From a virus, in the IMG/VR virus record IMGVR_UViG_2974553163_000001: a stretch of 64,000 bases of DNA. One strand, 5' to 3'. The notes under the pieces were generated by a model that was not told the DNA's origin, made no database searches, and saw only the letters and a program-made list of their open reading frames with translations. Shown piece by piece: positions 10,001 through 17,566 of the stretch. How positions within the stretch are numbered: the stretch's first letter is position 1; every line of letters starts with the position of its first letter. The position numbers were made by a program, and so were the translations under genes.

Positions 10001-12107
10001 ATACATTAGAGGTAACTCAACTGGTCTTGCAGTTTATTCTAACTGGTTTAAAATTTGGTCAGAAAATAATCAGGGTGCATCCAGTGGTATGGATTCTGAC
10101 AAGTTAGATGCAAAACAAGGTCTATGGTATCAAACAGGTTATAACATAGGTGATACACGTGGTGGTATCACATCACCTATTGGTGATATGTTCTTACCAG
10201 AGGTTCTTGGTAAAGACAAGATGGTCTTTGAGAACTTCTATGTTAATGACACAGGTAATAAATTTACATTATACATTCCAGACTTCCATTGTAATAGTGG
10301 TGTTGGTGGTAACATCAATAATGGTGGAACATACACTATCTACTCTGATGTAGGTGCAACAAACAACATTGGTTCTATCGTAGTTGATAGTTCTGGTGGT
10401 GTTCAAGAAAAGACACACACAACTGGTGAGATTTATTCACTTGTAACTGGAACAATTGCATTCGTTGGTAATAACACTAACGCAAACGTATATGTCTTCG
10501 GTCCTAATCCTGGCACAAAATGGACAGTATCATCATCTAACAAAGTCTCTAGTGGATCTACAACAATCTTTGGATTACGTGATAATGCAAATGGTGCTAA
10601 ATTACAGATTGGTAAATCAGCAGTATCTACTACACCAACAATAGACTTTAGATCATCTGGTCAGGCACCAAACTATGACGTTCAAATGATCGTCTCTGGT
10701 GGTAATGGCACAGATGGAAATGGTGCTATTAGATTCAATGCTTCGGACTTCACTGTAAATGGTAATACAGTATGGCATGCAGGAAATGATGGTAGTTCAT
10801 CTCAGCTAGACGCCCATTACTTAGATGGTTATACACAGAACACTGCTGCAGTTGCTAATACAATCGCACGTAGGGACGCATCAGGACACTTAACAGTTAA
10901 TGACTTAACAGGTGACCAAGGTATCTTTACCAACAACGGAACAGGAACATTAAGTCTTGCAGATGGTAATGGTATTACTATTGGTAAGGCAACAACTAAT
11001 ACTGCAGTAATCAAAGGTAAGAATAATTCTAGTGTTGGTTATCTAAGATTTGGTAGCGATAGTAATTCACTTGGATACAACGGAACATATCTCAACTACA
11101 ATAACATCACATTCCGTAGCGGTAGAATAGGTATTGGTGATACAAATCCTGGCTCACCTCTTGAGATTGTTGCTGAGGGTAATGCTAGTTCTGCTACTGC
11201 ATTTGCTGACTTTAGAGACGGTAGATCAGGTTATGGTAGAATAACATTTGGTGCTGATAGTTCATCAGCCTTCATGACATTCACTGACACTGACAACGAC
11301 ACAGGTTGGCAGATGGGTTCTGATGATAATGATCAGTCATGGTTTGCTATCAGAGGATTTACTACTGCATCTGGTGCGTTAAACACAGCATTCCAGTTAA
11401 ATGCTAAACAAAACGCAGCGTTAGCAATTTACTCTGCAACTGGTAGAGTATTCATTAACAAAGGATCTAGTGTTAGTACTGGTGGTGGATCACAACTAAC
11501 GGTTGGTGGATCAATTGAAGCTAGCAGTCAACTTGTATCTACTGTTGCAACTGGTACTGCACCATTATCAGTATCATCAACCACTATGATCAATAACTTG
11601 AACGCAGACATGCTTGATGGTTATGAAGCACTTAACTTACCATACTTACAGGGTACAGTTAACCAGTGGATTTTAGATGCGGGTGGTCAGGCAAGATTCT
11701 ACTTCTCTAACAACAGTCACACTTACTTTAGAACAGGTGACGACTTCTTCTTTAGAAATGACAGTGACCAGACATTTGCATCATGGGATCAAGGTGGTAG
11801 AACACACTTCCATGAACCTGGCAGCAACAGCATTCAGTCAACATACAGAATGCAAGTTACAGGTGATAATGGATTGAACGTTAATGCATCTGAAGGACTA
11901 TCTTCTGGACAGAAGAGCACAGTTCTAAGAGCAACAGGTGACAAACAATGGATAGATAGTTATGGAATATTTAAACGTAACAGACAGGCAATCAGTGAGA
12001 GTGTCACAATATCAAGTAGTGATAACTGTATGACCGCTGGTCCTATCACTATAAATAATGGCAGCACAGTTACTGTAAGTAACGGTGGAGCATGGGCAAT
12101 CGTATAG
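1074..12107 (+). CDS. Giant multidomain tail fibre / virion structural protein (3677 aa)
   Basis: G/S/T/N-rich. Has a beta-helix-like entry (GRSAARPVKTIKKA...GEYLEDNPISLPRNCSLVGDNLRRV), repeated HG(L/F)xxGD modules, NGGxGY modules and fibre-type (N/D)ADxLDG repeats. Ends in a GPITINNGSTVTVSNGGAWAIV-type C-terminus typical of marine phage fibres. Confidence 0.8.
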   Translation: MSFQINTDQQRITASGTKATGNWTNATYSRTAAGVGNIVSVAHGIIGTEKLYIDFTSGGEVDGTFTVTKVDDDNLSFTGSATSVITAGATLAYKRVRSLSIQGDESLEISVGTGALEKDAIFIGKNAQENVRVGINTTDPQYELDVEGQIRTTRSIISDTAQVTNLDIDTIINPALNLRAPNLINFEDTDVTSPTFGTTFYPTADTPPLSDQSRRVATTDFVYQVATNDTGGRVYVSQTIGSDLNDGRSAARPVKTIKKAAQIAYGLQKATPDPSDEYVTIIVSGGEYLEDNPISLPRNCSLVGDNLRRVIVRPQNQDRHMIKASNETYIFGVVFRDALQNASNPQSTVIHTWKYAFVFDDKQRLYYEPEVQQIPAAPGNKFRGDNIFKITFNNHTGSETTLVVGRFVQGGSSGTLGTIQSVNFTGPTASPNSTGDVTILITSGVDDVFQDAETVFYDAVAANIITDINNASVSDRFDVVDAESLRPELETISNQIYQHTIDTEVETVSFRGSLNYIDTTLDRITITAHGLLTGQQVLYSQDENTTPLPGLINGIRYWVRKVDDNTIELYDNEANSLASTSITQGRKDLTGVSSDDKLHELTTGNVMLDDNHIYIKKHQFATGDGVVYRQGKMGGIGGLVDGTAYFVYKESDNWFRLASSAANATQKDASGADNPVTLSLTSTGLGFQRFELQPQVLSITTIDTSLNTVATYNGPIFNLATSSVSSDFHDYEVGQEVNVYGFQNSAIDFGSSTNTAYSISGGLITVQVTGVDNTKTSAFFGNMATLGQAGVTFNFPTADARFSKTYHIGNWSTGTGTPSLPGNSDLGLGYARYNSSNTTITFVLKQANIDTASDVSTSSGTGVSILNNLEDLNGRKYITHRIERADGYSLQFVVRANISEISTGLNPTGDQSVVGSNNYVLASLRNSPYGFSKINISDRFRDGAENIKNNQEFIAEESVGYVKYYYESSATRGTALTIGGTNFGQVAATVARGITSWAVTGDKCKIKVQKGHNLYPSFSQHTPSTATYTASSGNVVVTINGHGFEVGDLIKFDPGALVFRCSMDSYSTLHAYPRQGDPAADKWLKITAKTTNTFTVNVGTSPTVNHQVSNATYNPTTGLMELTIGNHTLKAGTSIKMPVGAVTFSCAFGGGGQVNKSYPRSDFINPGGQVTNAAYNPTTGIMTVTTTSAHGLQNGNKIQLEDDSFSFTCTHGSGTKTYPRSTDPLSGRNIPVFNVTTNTFDIQTLDVVPSTNTTTHTFVSATSTAVKKKKDAKIYDEAVRIESVTATTITVQTLENTPSTNTDAHTFISAATNAVVSGGNYTHEFASAGTNSVKKALTSAVTIANSGNATVNGTHGISDIYDDREFTIDLTDSSADTQTGSAGTFTDNQQPFRTPNSKDQGNKYGDVSELLFANADMIAEYAVNKMLAANSGYNIPTGSTACYDDLRDFIQKCVAHNLKWGGNDRVYDQAKFYIDPGFSLTRDRYVEAFNYAKDACILAGRNLPLYRNPYSTKLQYYHLATLDTGAGTVRRDAATLIQNNLDFIANEAVQRYEFDNPGHRIPGANQNCVDDALDVLRAVTYNLAYGGNEQVYDAANLYVGSTFLDGEETESRAVFALVSSIAQQVVESQTVTVEGNHGFAQVTDNTNKGTTVEANLVAGFFTIVDTAIANDNMSHATRTVATAPSCANVISAITTFFSTLTTALGSGSTAGSVSGVTRTSSPGDQQCIDDVMKITRAFQYDLRYGGNSKIVEAANLYISGASGVQHVATEVTYTRAIFAAAKELCIDAIRNNLETGQFSQIPIRSNGSITVDSSAPECANVVSALTTNWGILDNVLSSGNAYSGTTTNPDPLVVEQDQSEFSFPLVNTFLDLPVIEASPYIQNSSLISFLGGSGCEIDGAKVATPNVPRPGLKQNSQGATVAQFDPQGKSMVANAFTIICFGGTAYNVSNDGYTQLVSVFAIFCQDGILTQSGGYSSVTNSASNFGTYALRSTGFRAEAYSFDIGVIDSITDDTDGNGVPTGRQIIQVSGTTLTGIPVEDYIIKVDGYTSSDPAVEHIILETELVSGSSGTQVVAKITTNRAMDFSQGGNRYQSTNDPSFAAGSLPLSNLVGAGIRFHRPSVTNSSSHTWEYSGSGNTYAALPQNGGVGLGTAYEAAEEKFGQVYTSGTNEFGDFKVGNFVTIFNRTGAISFVGTVSISELSSIKIVGGDITITGFSQDDNLGGTFASDSLLPTQASVRDYISNNLGPYLNQPYSTNAVPSALVQLTSSGKINIDQIPALRPFNITSVTSTAERLAIEDANAGDIAIETTATTFNVATASFNTANEQITIASHGINTGDLLTYTEGTTAIGGLATGSNYYAIKVDDNTIKLASTESNASANNPVDLGSGGAGTHQIKTQGVAISYILENDLESQFLAFTPNSAYTFSVGNIIVGSSTTARGTVSSYNDGQIFNFVISTAGDSYSGDFALTISAPDDTSNGVQAAATANVVNGSVTKVTITNGGKGYYTQPTVQAQVSSGTTAVIAAQIEGRVSINIANNIKFDAGDFILDQGLVNEATGTYAQSGTTITVTESTSHNLSNADLVYLDFTSGGSSDGFYTISLINSTQYSVTSPNSGTQSGNMARKRIIDLSRVINTSASNAANWTQLTSTNIDASNIVAGTIDPERLAGKGTANSYTFLRGDSSWEYALQSIRPTTQDALVVGGSLQDSSYIQSITITNGGTGYTNGTYQNIPLGGGNVSISSDSVARGTYIVSGGTITSATVTDSGTGYTGDFSVTIPSELGGGNGAILGAVKGTINRAFGNIEIDIRKGNNLTASSIVYGNYGVFRFRKDVTNQAVGNQDQGGFIIGNDGSVSIDQGQGSELNADLLDGSEGSFYQTADNIIFGTLDPARLANVTYSISISGTADTANRIFNETASLTSNPAPAQAANGVGAALRNNNADGLSDGGTTHGVVTYRREATGSAATQLGFTANNNLYIRGNSTGLAVYSNWFKIWSENNQGASSGMDSDKLDAKQGLWYQTGYNIGDTRGGITSPIGDMFLPEVLGKDKMVFENFYVNDTGNKFTLYIPDFHCNSGVGGNINNGGTYTIYSDVGATNNIGSIVVDSSGGVQEKTHTTGEIYSLVTGTIAFVGNNTNANVYVFGPNPGTKWTVSSSNKVSSGSTTIFGLRDNANGAKLQIGKSAVSTTPTIDFRSSGQAPNYDVQMIVSGGNGTDGNGAIRFNASDFTVNGNTVWHAGNDGSSSQLDAHYLDGYTQNTAAVANTIARRDASGHLTVNDLTGDQGIFTNNGTGTLSLADGNGITIGKATTNTAVIKGKNNSSVGYLRFGSDSNSLGYNGTYLNYNNITFRSGRIGIGDTNPGSPLEIVAEGNASSATAFADFRDGRSGYGRITFGADSSSAFMTFTDTDNDTGWQMGSDDNDQSWFAIRGFTTASGALNTAFQLNAKQNAALAIYSATGRVFINKGSSVSTGGGSQLTVGGSIEASSQLVSTVATGTAPLSVSSTTMINNLNADMLDGYEALNLPYLQGTVNQWILDAGGQARFYFSNNSHTYFRTGDDFFFRNDSDQTFASWDQGGRTHFHEPGSNSIQSTYRMQVTGDNGLNVNASEGLSSGQKSTVLRATGDKQWIDSYGIFKRNRQAISESVTISSSDNCMTAGPITINNGSTVTVSNGGAWAIV
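4135..5100 (+). repeat. Internal tandem domain repeats in the giant fibre
   Basis: Three related units: TATYTASSGNVVVTINGHGF / NATYNPTTGLMELTIGNHTL / NAAYNPTTGIMTVTTTSAHGL. Similarity persists at DNA level (aacgcaacatataatccaacaacaggt ~4401 vs aacgctgcatataatcctactacaggt ~4588). Confidence 0.75.
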
Positions 12108-12110
12108 AAA

Positions 12111-13073
12111 ATGAGCACATTATCAGTTCACAATTTACAAGGAATATCAACTTATAGTAATAAGATTGAGATTCCATCTGGGCACAAATTATCTGGTGCT
12201 GCAGGACAATTTCGCTTACCTAATTATGCATCTAATGCAAAACCTAGTAATCCAGAATTAGGTGATTTGATTCTTAATTCCACAACTGCAACTTTAGAAG
12301 TTTGGACAGGCGATAGATGGGCAGTTTGTGGTGGAGGAAATAGAGGTGGATCTCAAAGTAATCCTGCAGAGTCTGGAGGAGATGCTTATGATAATGGACA
12401 ACAAACATCTGGAAATGTTTGGGTTACAATACCTGGTAGTGGAGCATTTAACTTTGAATATGATGCGGGTGATAGATATGGAACTGGAGACAGAGGTTGG
12501 ATTAAATATGACTCTGCGTTTTTTGGAGCAAACAATGCTGCGATAACACACGTAGAATATGGAAGTCCTGGTTCAATTACTCCTGCATGGAATACTAACA
12601 GCACTTCATCAACAAGTAATGATACTATCAACCAAGGAAGGTTGAGAATTGGTAGAGAGCAATCACATAGTGGTGGTAACTCATTATCAACTATTAGATG
12701 TTCATTACCTAAATTGACAAAGGCACGTTATCAGATGTCTGCAAACTCAGGTGGTGCTGATACTGCTGACTTTGGATCTTTTACACAGAACTTTAGTGGC
12801 ATCGTAAACAACTCACCTTATCAGAACAATGGATCTGGTTATTGGTGTGTTATATGGGATGGTAATCCCTCTGGTAACTTCAGCAGTAATATGCTGATCC
12901 TTGATCCAGGCAACCTCAGAAGTGGTAATGGTTCTTATAGTCAAACTATAGGTCCTCTATCATTCGGTACTGAAAGAGGTTCATCTAGTCAGGTTCCACA
13001 AATTATCTGGGGAACAACTGATGCTTATAGAGAGTACAGTTACATTAACTCTTGGGAACTTTGGTTACATTAA
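12111..13073 (+). CDS. Short tail-fibre-tip-like virion protein
   Basis: N-terminus MSTLSVHNLQG, then PxxGDLILNSTTATLEVWTGDRW fibre motif, then a G/S/N-rich globular C-terminal region. Architecture shared with 17567..18472. Confidence 0.6.
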   Translation: MSTLSVHNLQGISTYSNKIEIPSGHKLSGAAGQFRLPNYASNAKPSNPELGDLILNSTTATLEVWTGDRWAVCGGGNRGGSQSNPAESGGDAYDNGQQTSGNVWVTIPGSGAFNFEYDAGDRYGTGDRGWIKYDSAFFGANNAAITHVEYGSPGSITPAWNTNSTSSTSNDTINQGRLRIGREQSHSGGNSLSTIRCSLPKLTKARYQMSANSGGADTADFGSFTQNFSGIVNNSPYQNNGSGYWCVIWDGNPSGNFSSNMLILDPGNLRSGNGSYSQTIGPLSFGTERGSSSQVPQIIWGTTDAYREYSYINSWELWLH

Positions 13074-13079
13074 AGAATT

Positions 13080-14249
13080 ATGGCATCTAGAATTAAAGTT
13101 GATGAAGTAACAAACGTAGCGGAATCGGGATCGGTTTCGTTTCCAGCTGGTGGTGCCAGTTTTACTGGAACCGTTAATGTTAGTGGTAATATTGACTTTA
13201 CTGGACAACTACTACAAAATGGATCTCCATTCGTAACACTACCTACACAAGACGCAAGTAACTTAGGTTCTGTTCTTAGATCTGGTGGTAATACTGGACA
13301 AGCATATTGGGATACTACAGGTGGTACAGGAACTGCAGAAGGTGCTGACCAAGCAAGATATAAAGCAGGATTTAATATAACAAAAGGTTTTAGTTGTTGT
13401 GGATATAGAGGAGGAACATCATATAGAAACGTTAATGTATTAACACACGCTACATTCTCACAGTCAAACTTAGGAGATTTGACTAACTGGTCTGGTGCAT
13501 ATATTGATGGAAAACCAAGTCTAAACTTTACTGGATTTGTATTTGCAACTGGTAACGGATGGAACACAACTACCAGTCAGGTATCTAAAATTAACATGAA
13601 CACTAGCAGTAATGCGGGTGCTGCCACATCAATGGCAGGAACAAAACACAGAGCTACTGCAATGGCAAAAGATTTTAACTTTGCTTATGTACATGGTGGT
13701 GGTAACTCTAGTCAGATGGTGAAGTATAATCTTAATACAGAAGCAAATGCTTTTAGTACAACTCACCCTGATGGTACGCAAAACAACCCTGCATCTAGTC
13801 AAGCTTCTACTGTTGGACATATAAAAACAGGATCTGCTAGAACATATAACTTCTCAACAGAATCATTTACATCATGGCCTAACGGACCTGGTACAGACGG
13901 AACTAACAAAACTCTATCAAGTAGAGATGGTTTTGCATACTGGAATACTGGTGGTGGTTATCGAACATCTAGTGACTGGCATTTAAGAAGCACATACACT
14001 GGTGGATACTTAGCAAACGTCAGTAAGAACGGACTAACAACTGGTGAGGAAACCATGCACACAGGTAATGACTATGGATTTATTTGTGGTCAGTATGATG
14101 GATCTCAGAATAACAACGGATATCTCTTTACATATGCAAGTCATAGTTTCACAAGAGATAGTAGAATGGACAGGTCAGGACCTCCTGGCACAGCGTCTGC
14201 TGCGGGTATAGAGTTCGGAACTCTAATGTATGGATACACAGGATTCTAA
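13080..14249 (+). CDS. Virion protein with a fibre-type N-terminus and a predicted beta-propeller (kelch-like) C-terminus
   Basis: MASRIKVDEV N-terminus. Repeated G-rich blades (GFSCCGY, YVHGGG, YWNTGGG, GFICGQY). Confidence 0.55.
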   Translation: MASRIKVDEVTNVAESGSVSFPAGGASFTGTVNVSGNIDFTGQLLQNGSPFVTLPTQDASNLGSVLRSGGNTGQAYWDTTGGTGTAEGADQARYKAGFNITKGFSCCGYRGGTSYRNVNVLTHATFSQSNLGDLTNWSGAYIDGKPSLNFTGFVFATGNGWNTTTSQVSKINMNTSSNAGAATSMAGTKHRATAMAKDFNFAYVHGGGNSSQMVKYNLNTEANAFSTTHPDGTQNNPASSQASTVGHIKTGSARTYNFSTESFTSWPNGPGTDGTNKTLSSRDGFAYWNTGGGYRTSSDWHLRSTYTGGYLANVSKNGLTTGEETMHTGNDYGFICGQYDGSQNNNGYLFTYASHSFTRDSRMDRSGPPGTASAAGIEFGTLMYGYTGF

Positions 14250-14251
14250 TC

Positions 14252-14998
14252 ATGACAAAGAAGTATTACATAGCAAGACATGACCCTCGTATCACAGAGA
14301 TACTTACTGCTGAATTAACTTTTAATCAGTATGGTGTTACTGTATTTTCTATTGATGAAGCTTGGGTAAGAGATCTCCATAAGTTACATGGTTCATATGA
14401 AGAGGTAACAGAAGATATAGGTGAATGGGGTGTAAAACACTTTGGTGAAGTTCGTACTGAAGTTAAGGTTACTTCAGAAGATCCACTATCATCTGAAAAT
14501 ATTATGGGAGATGTCTCAACAGAAGGAAAGACTGTTGTTACATTACCTCAAGAAAGAATTGATGCTGCTATTGCCTTTATGAAAGTTGCAGCAAAACTAA
14601 TCATTGAAGATGAGTATGATAGAAAGTTCTTGACATTAAAAGCAGAAGAGTCTAAAATAGAACAGTATCTTTGGGATGCCCAGATAACCGAAGCTAATAA
14701 TTTAGAGGGTGAAACACCCTTACTAAATAGTATTGCTACCGCCAAAGGCATTGCGGTATCTGACGTGGCAACTGCTGTCTTGGCAGGAAACAAAACTTTT
14801 AATGATAAAGTAAAAGCATTGTATGACTCAATGTTAGTGCTTAAGCAAGAATTTAAAAGTTGTGCTACAATAAAAGAACTTAATGTTCTATGGCAAAAAT
14901 ATATGGGTGTGCCTATGCCATTCAGTCAAATGGAGGAAGAGGGTCTTATCGGTGAAGATGGAATCCCACCTGTAGTGCCAACTGGTTTACAATTCTAA
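14252..14998 (+). CDS. Putative tail-fibre assembly chaperone-like protein
   Basis: Segment YLWDAQITEA...ETPLLNSIATAKGIAVSDVATAVL resembles the W-x-x-Q-x-x-EA...TPLL-x-x-IA-x-x-(R/K)G pattern of phage fibre-assembly proteins. Lies directly after a fibre-type gene. Confidence 0.5.
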   Translation: MTKKYYIARHDPRITEILTAELTFNQYGVTVFSIDEAWVRDLHKLHGSYEEVTEDIGEWGVKHFGEVRTEVKVTSEDPLSSENIMGDVSTEGKTVVTLPQERIDAAIAFMKVAAKLIIEDEYDRKFLTLKAEESKIEQYLWDAQITEANNLEGETPLLNSIATAKGIAVSDVATAVLAGNKTFNDKVKALYDSMLVLKQEFKSCATIKELNVLWQKYMGVPMPFSQMEEEGLIGEDGIPPVVPTGLQF

Positions 14999-15011
14999 AT
15001 TAACTTTTTTT

Positions 15012-15779
15012 ATGTACAATATATCAGGTGATGCGATTGAAGCTTTCGTAGAAAGCAGCATGGACTATGGAATGACACATGAACAAATTAAGAATTTTGT
15101 TGTCAATTCCCACGTAACGGATAAGAGAAAACTCCGTCAAGTATTAGTAGAGATAGAAAGAAGAAATCACGATAGAAAAAAATGCGTCTTGGATCGTAAG
15201 AGAAAAGAAGTAGAAATCGCACGTCTTAAAGATAGATTACAAATTACTGAAGATCCCTATGAACGTCAACTCATGGAGTTTGACATAGAGGAATTTGAGT
15301 TAGATAGAAATAAGTATAACGTAACTCTTCATCAATATGATAATGAGTTAGCAGCGTTTCTGGATTGGATCAATAAAAACTGGGGAAGTATTGAAGAAGT
15401 TGAGAAGGCAGCAGAATATACTGAAGAAGATGAAAGAAAATATTGGATTGCTAGAATGGGTAAGCAAGCAGCAATGGATGTATATACAACAGGTAAGATT
15501 GGAACTGGTAACTTAGACTCTATCGCTATGATGAGAGAGGATGATCAGTTTGCAACTCTCAATGTTGCAATGCAATACTCTGGTTTGCTCAATGTGGGTA
15601 TCGCTAAGATACAAAATGAATTGAAACCTCACCTAGATAAACTAATGATGGATGGAACTTCCACTCGTGTCCCTACTATGGAAGGGATTGAGGATAGTCT
15701 CAACCTCAAACTATATGATCAATTAGCTGGTAATGAACAAAAGAGTCTTCTCTCTCCCGATCAATCCGAAACTGAGTGA
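15012..15779 (+). CDS. Hypothetical coiled-coil protein
   Basis: 255 aa, charge-rich helical stretch (KRKLRQVLVEIERR...). Overlaps the next gene by 47 nt. Confidence 0.7.
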   Translation: MYNISGDAIEAFVESSMDYGMTHEQIKNFVVNSHVTDKRKLRQVLVEIERRNHDRKKCVLDRKRKEVEIARLKDRLQITEDPYERQLMEFDIEEFELDRNKYNVTLHQYDNELAAFLDWINKNWGSIEEVEKAAEYTEEDERKYWIARMGKQAAMDVYTTGKIGTGNLDSIAMMREDDQFATLNVAMQYSGLLNVGIAKIQNELKPHLDKLMMDGTSTRVPTMEGIEDSLNLKLYDQLAGNEQKSLLSPDQSETE

Positions 15780-17472
15780 AGAGTTTGTAACTAATACATT
15801 CCTTCCATTTCTTAAAAAGTATCGCGAATACATATTAGATCTATATTTTACATGTAGAATACCTCCGTTTGATCAAGACGCTATGGGAGATACTTTCCTG
15901 TCTCCAGAAGCATTAACAGAATCAGCAATATACATTTCTAACGAATCAAATATACCACTGTCAGCGACGTTTAATAATATATGGGTTAGACCAGATCAAA
16001 AGAATCTAGACTTATGGATAAAGGAGTTTGCTCCCATCTATAATTCTGGAGTCAGAGTGGTAACTTTACCTCATACATCATGGGTTTCTACAGGACAAAT
16101 AAGATCAGTATTTCCAGAGTTGTTTGTTAAAAATACTATTCTTAGAGAGGTTACAAAACCTAATGATATAGTGCAGTTAGCAGAAGCAGGATTTAATTAT
16201 ATAAACTTAGACCGTGATCTCATGAGAGATCGTGATCAACTCTTACGTATTAGAAAAGCAAAGGACTATTGTAAGTATCTTGGCAAACCCGTTATGCTCT
16301 CAATGCTTGTCAATGAAACATGTTGGGGTGGTTGTCCTATCATGCCAGAGCATTATCAATACAATGCAACTAGAACAGAGAATGATCCTATATTTTTTGC
16401 TAGTCCTATCAGTAGAGTGTCTTGTTCTACATGGGATGTAGAGCATCCTGAGTTTGATCTCAAGCAAGCAAACTTACCTCCATGGAGAGAAGATTGGATA
16501 GAGATGCAAGAACTTGGTATTGATACATTTAAACTTCATGGTAGAGAGAGTATGATGAGACTCCAAGAAAGTATGGATCTCATTAAGAGGTGGGCAGATC
16601 AAGATGAATACATGTTTCCTGAGTATAAAAAATATACTAAAGCATTAAAAATAAAGGATTCTCCTATTAGTAAATGGAGAGAGAAGATCAAGACATGTAA
16701 GTTTGACTGTTGGGACTGTAACTATTGTGAGGCAGTGGTGCAATCACATATGAAAAAACAAGACTTAATTGTGCACCCACAGGTAGAAACATGTATTGAA
16801 GGATTTACAAACTCTGGTAAGTATCTCTCTAATCATAGAACTTATGATCCTAATGACCCTAGTGCATATTATAATGTGCCAGGTCTAACATCTGCTAGAG
16901 TCAGACATTTTCTAAACAACCTCTGCTCTCAAGAAGGAGCAGTATATCTTGAGGTTGGTGTATATGCAGGAGCAACATTTTGTGCTGCAGTACAAAACAA
17001 TGACATGGTTGCTGCATATGCAAATGATAACTGGTCACAACAAAACTTACAGCCAGCAAGAGAAGATATAAATTTAGATATTCAAGATGTAACTGTAGAT
17101 ACTTTTGTACAAAACTTACAGGAAAATATAACAACAGACTCATTAGACTTTGATATACAAGTATTGAATGGAGACTCTTCTGAGTTGGGTAAGAAAGATT
17201 TTAAACATGATGTTAATATAATATTCTATGATGGAGATAATTCTGAAAAGAAAATGAAAGAGTTCTTTGTCAATATGATTGACTTCACAGAAGATGTATT
17301 TACATTAGTTGTGGATGATGCAAATATAGAAAACAATGTTAGGATAACTAAAAGGTACATTGAGGACTTAGGACTTAAGGTTTTATATGAAAGAGAATTG
17401 TTAAATGATCAAGAAGATCCTGAGATGTGGTGGAATGGTTTGTATGTGACTGTTCTTCAAAAACAAATTTGA
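15733..17472 (+). CDS. Peptidase-U32-like (Fe-S) domain fused to a class I SAM-dependent methyltransferase
   Basis: N-terminal region has NETCWGGC...C and TFKLHGRE (U32 KIEGR-like) plus CKFDCWDCNYC. C-terminal region has motif I YLEVGVYAG, IFYDGD and LVVDD (Methyltransf_24-like). Confidence 0.65.
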   Translation: MNKRVFSLPINPKLSEEFVTNTFLPFLKKYREYILDLYFTCRIPPFDQDAMGDTFLSPEALTESAIYISNESNIPLSATFNNIWVRPDQKNLDLWIKEFAPIYNSGVRVVTLPHTSWVSTGQIRSVFPELFVKNTILREVTKPNDIVQLAEAGFNYINLDRDLMRDRDQLLRIRKAKDYCKYLGKPVMLSMLVNETCWGGCPIMPEHYQYNATRTENDPIFFASPISRVSCSTWDVEHPEFDLKQANLPPWREDWIEMQELGIDTFKLHGRESMMRLQESMDLIKRWADQDEYMFPEYKKYTKALKIKDSPISKWREKIKTCKFDCWDCNYCEAVVQSHMKKQDLIVHPQVETCIEGFTNSGKYLSNHRTYDPNDPSAYYNVPGLTSARVRHFLNNLCSQEGAVYLEVGVYAGATFCAAVQNNDMVAAYANDNWSQQNLQPAREDINLDIQDVTVDTFVQNLQENITTDSLDFDIQVLNGDSSELGKKDFKHDVNIIFYDGDNSEKKMKEFFVNMIDFTEDVFTLVVDDANIENNVRITKRYIEDLGLKVLYERELLNDQEDPEMWWNGLYVTVLQKQI

Positions 17473-17535
17473 CTTTTAAATTACAAATAAACAGAAAAAA
17501 TTTTTTGGGTAATTTTTCCCTTAAAGGTTTTTCGT

Positions 17536-17542
17536 CTAAATA
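17536..17542 (+). promoter_or_regulatory. Late promoter variant CTAAATA
   Basis: CTAAATA about 25 nt upstream of ATG 17567. The same variant recurs before several late genes. Confidence 0.6.
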
Positions 17543-17566
17543 TAGTAGGACTTATTACAGGATATA

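Noticed and set aside
15733-16900. Calling the U32-like domain a collagenase/protease
   Set aside because: Characterised U32 members are Fe-S hydroxylases; the Cys pattern and MTase fusion fit that better, and no protease catalytic motif is evident.
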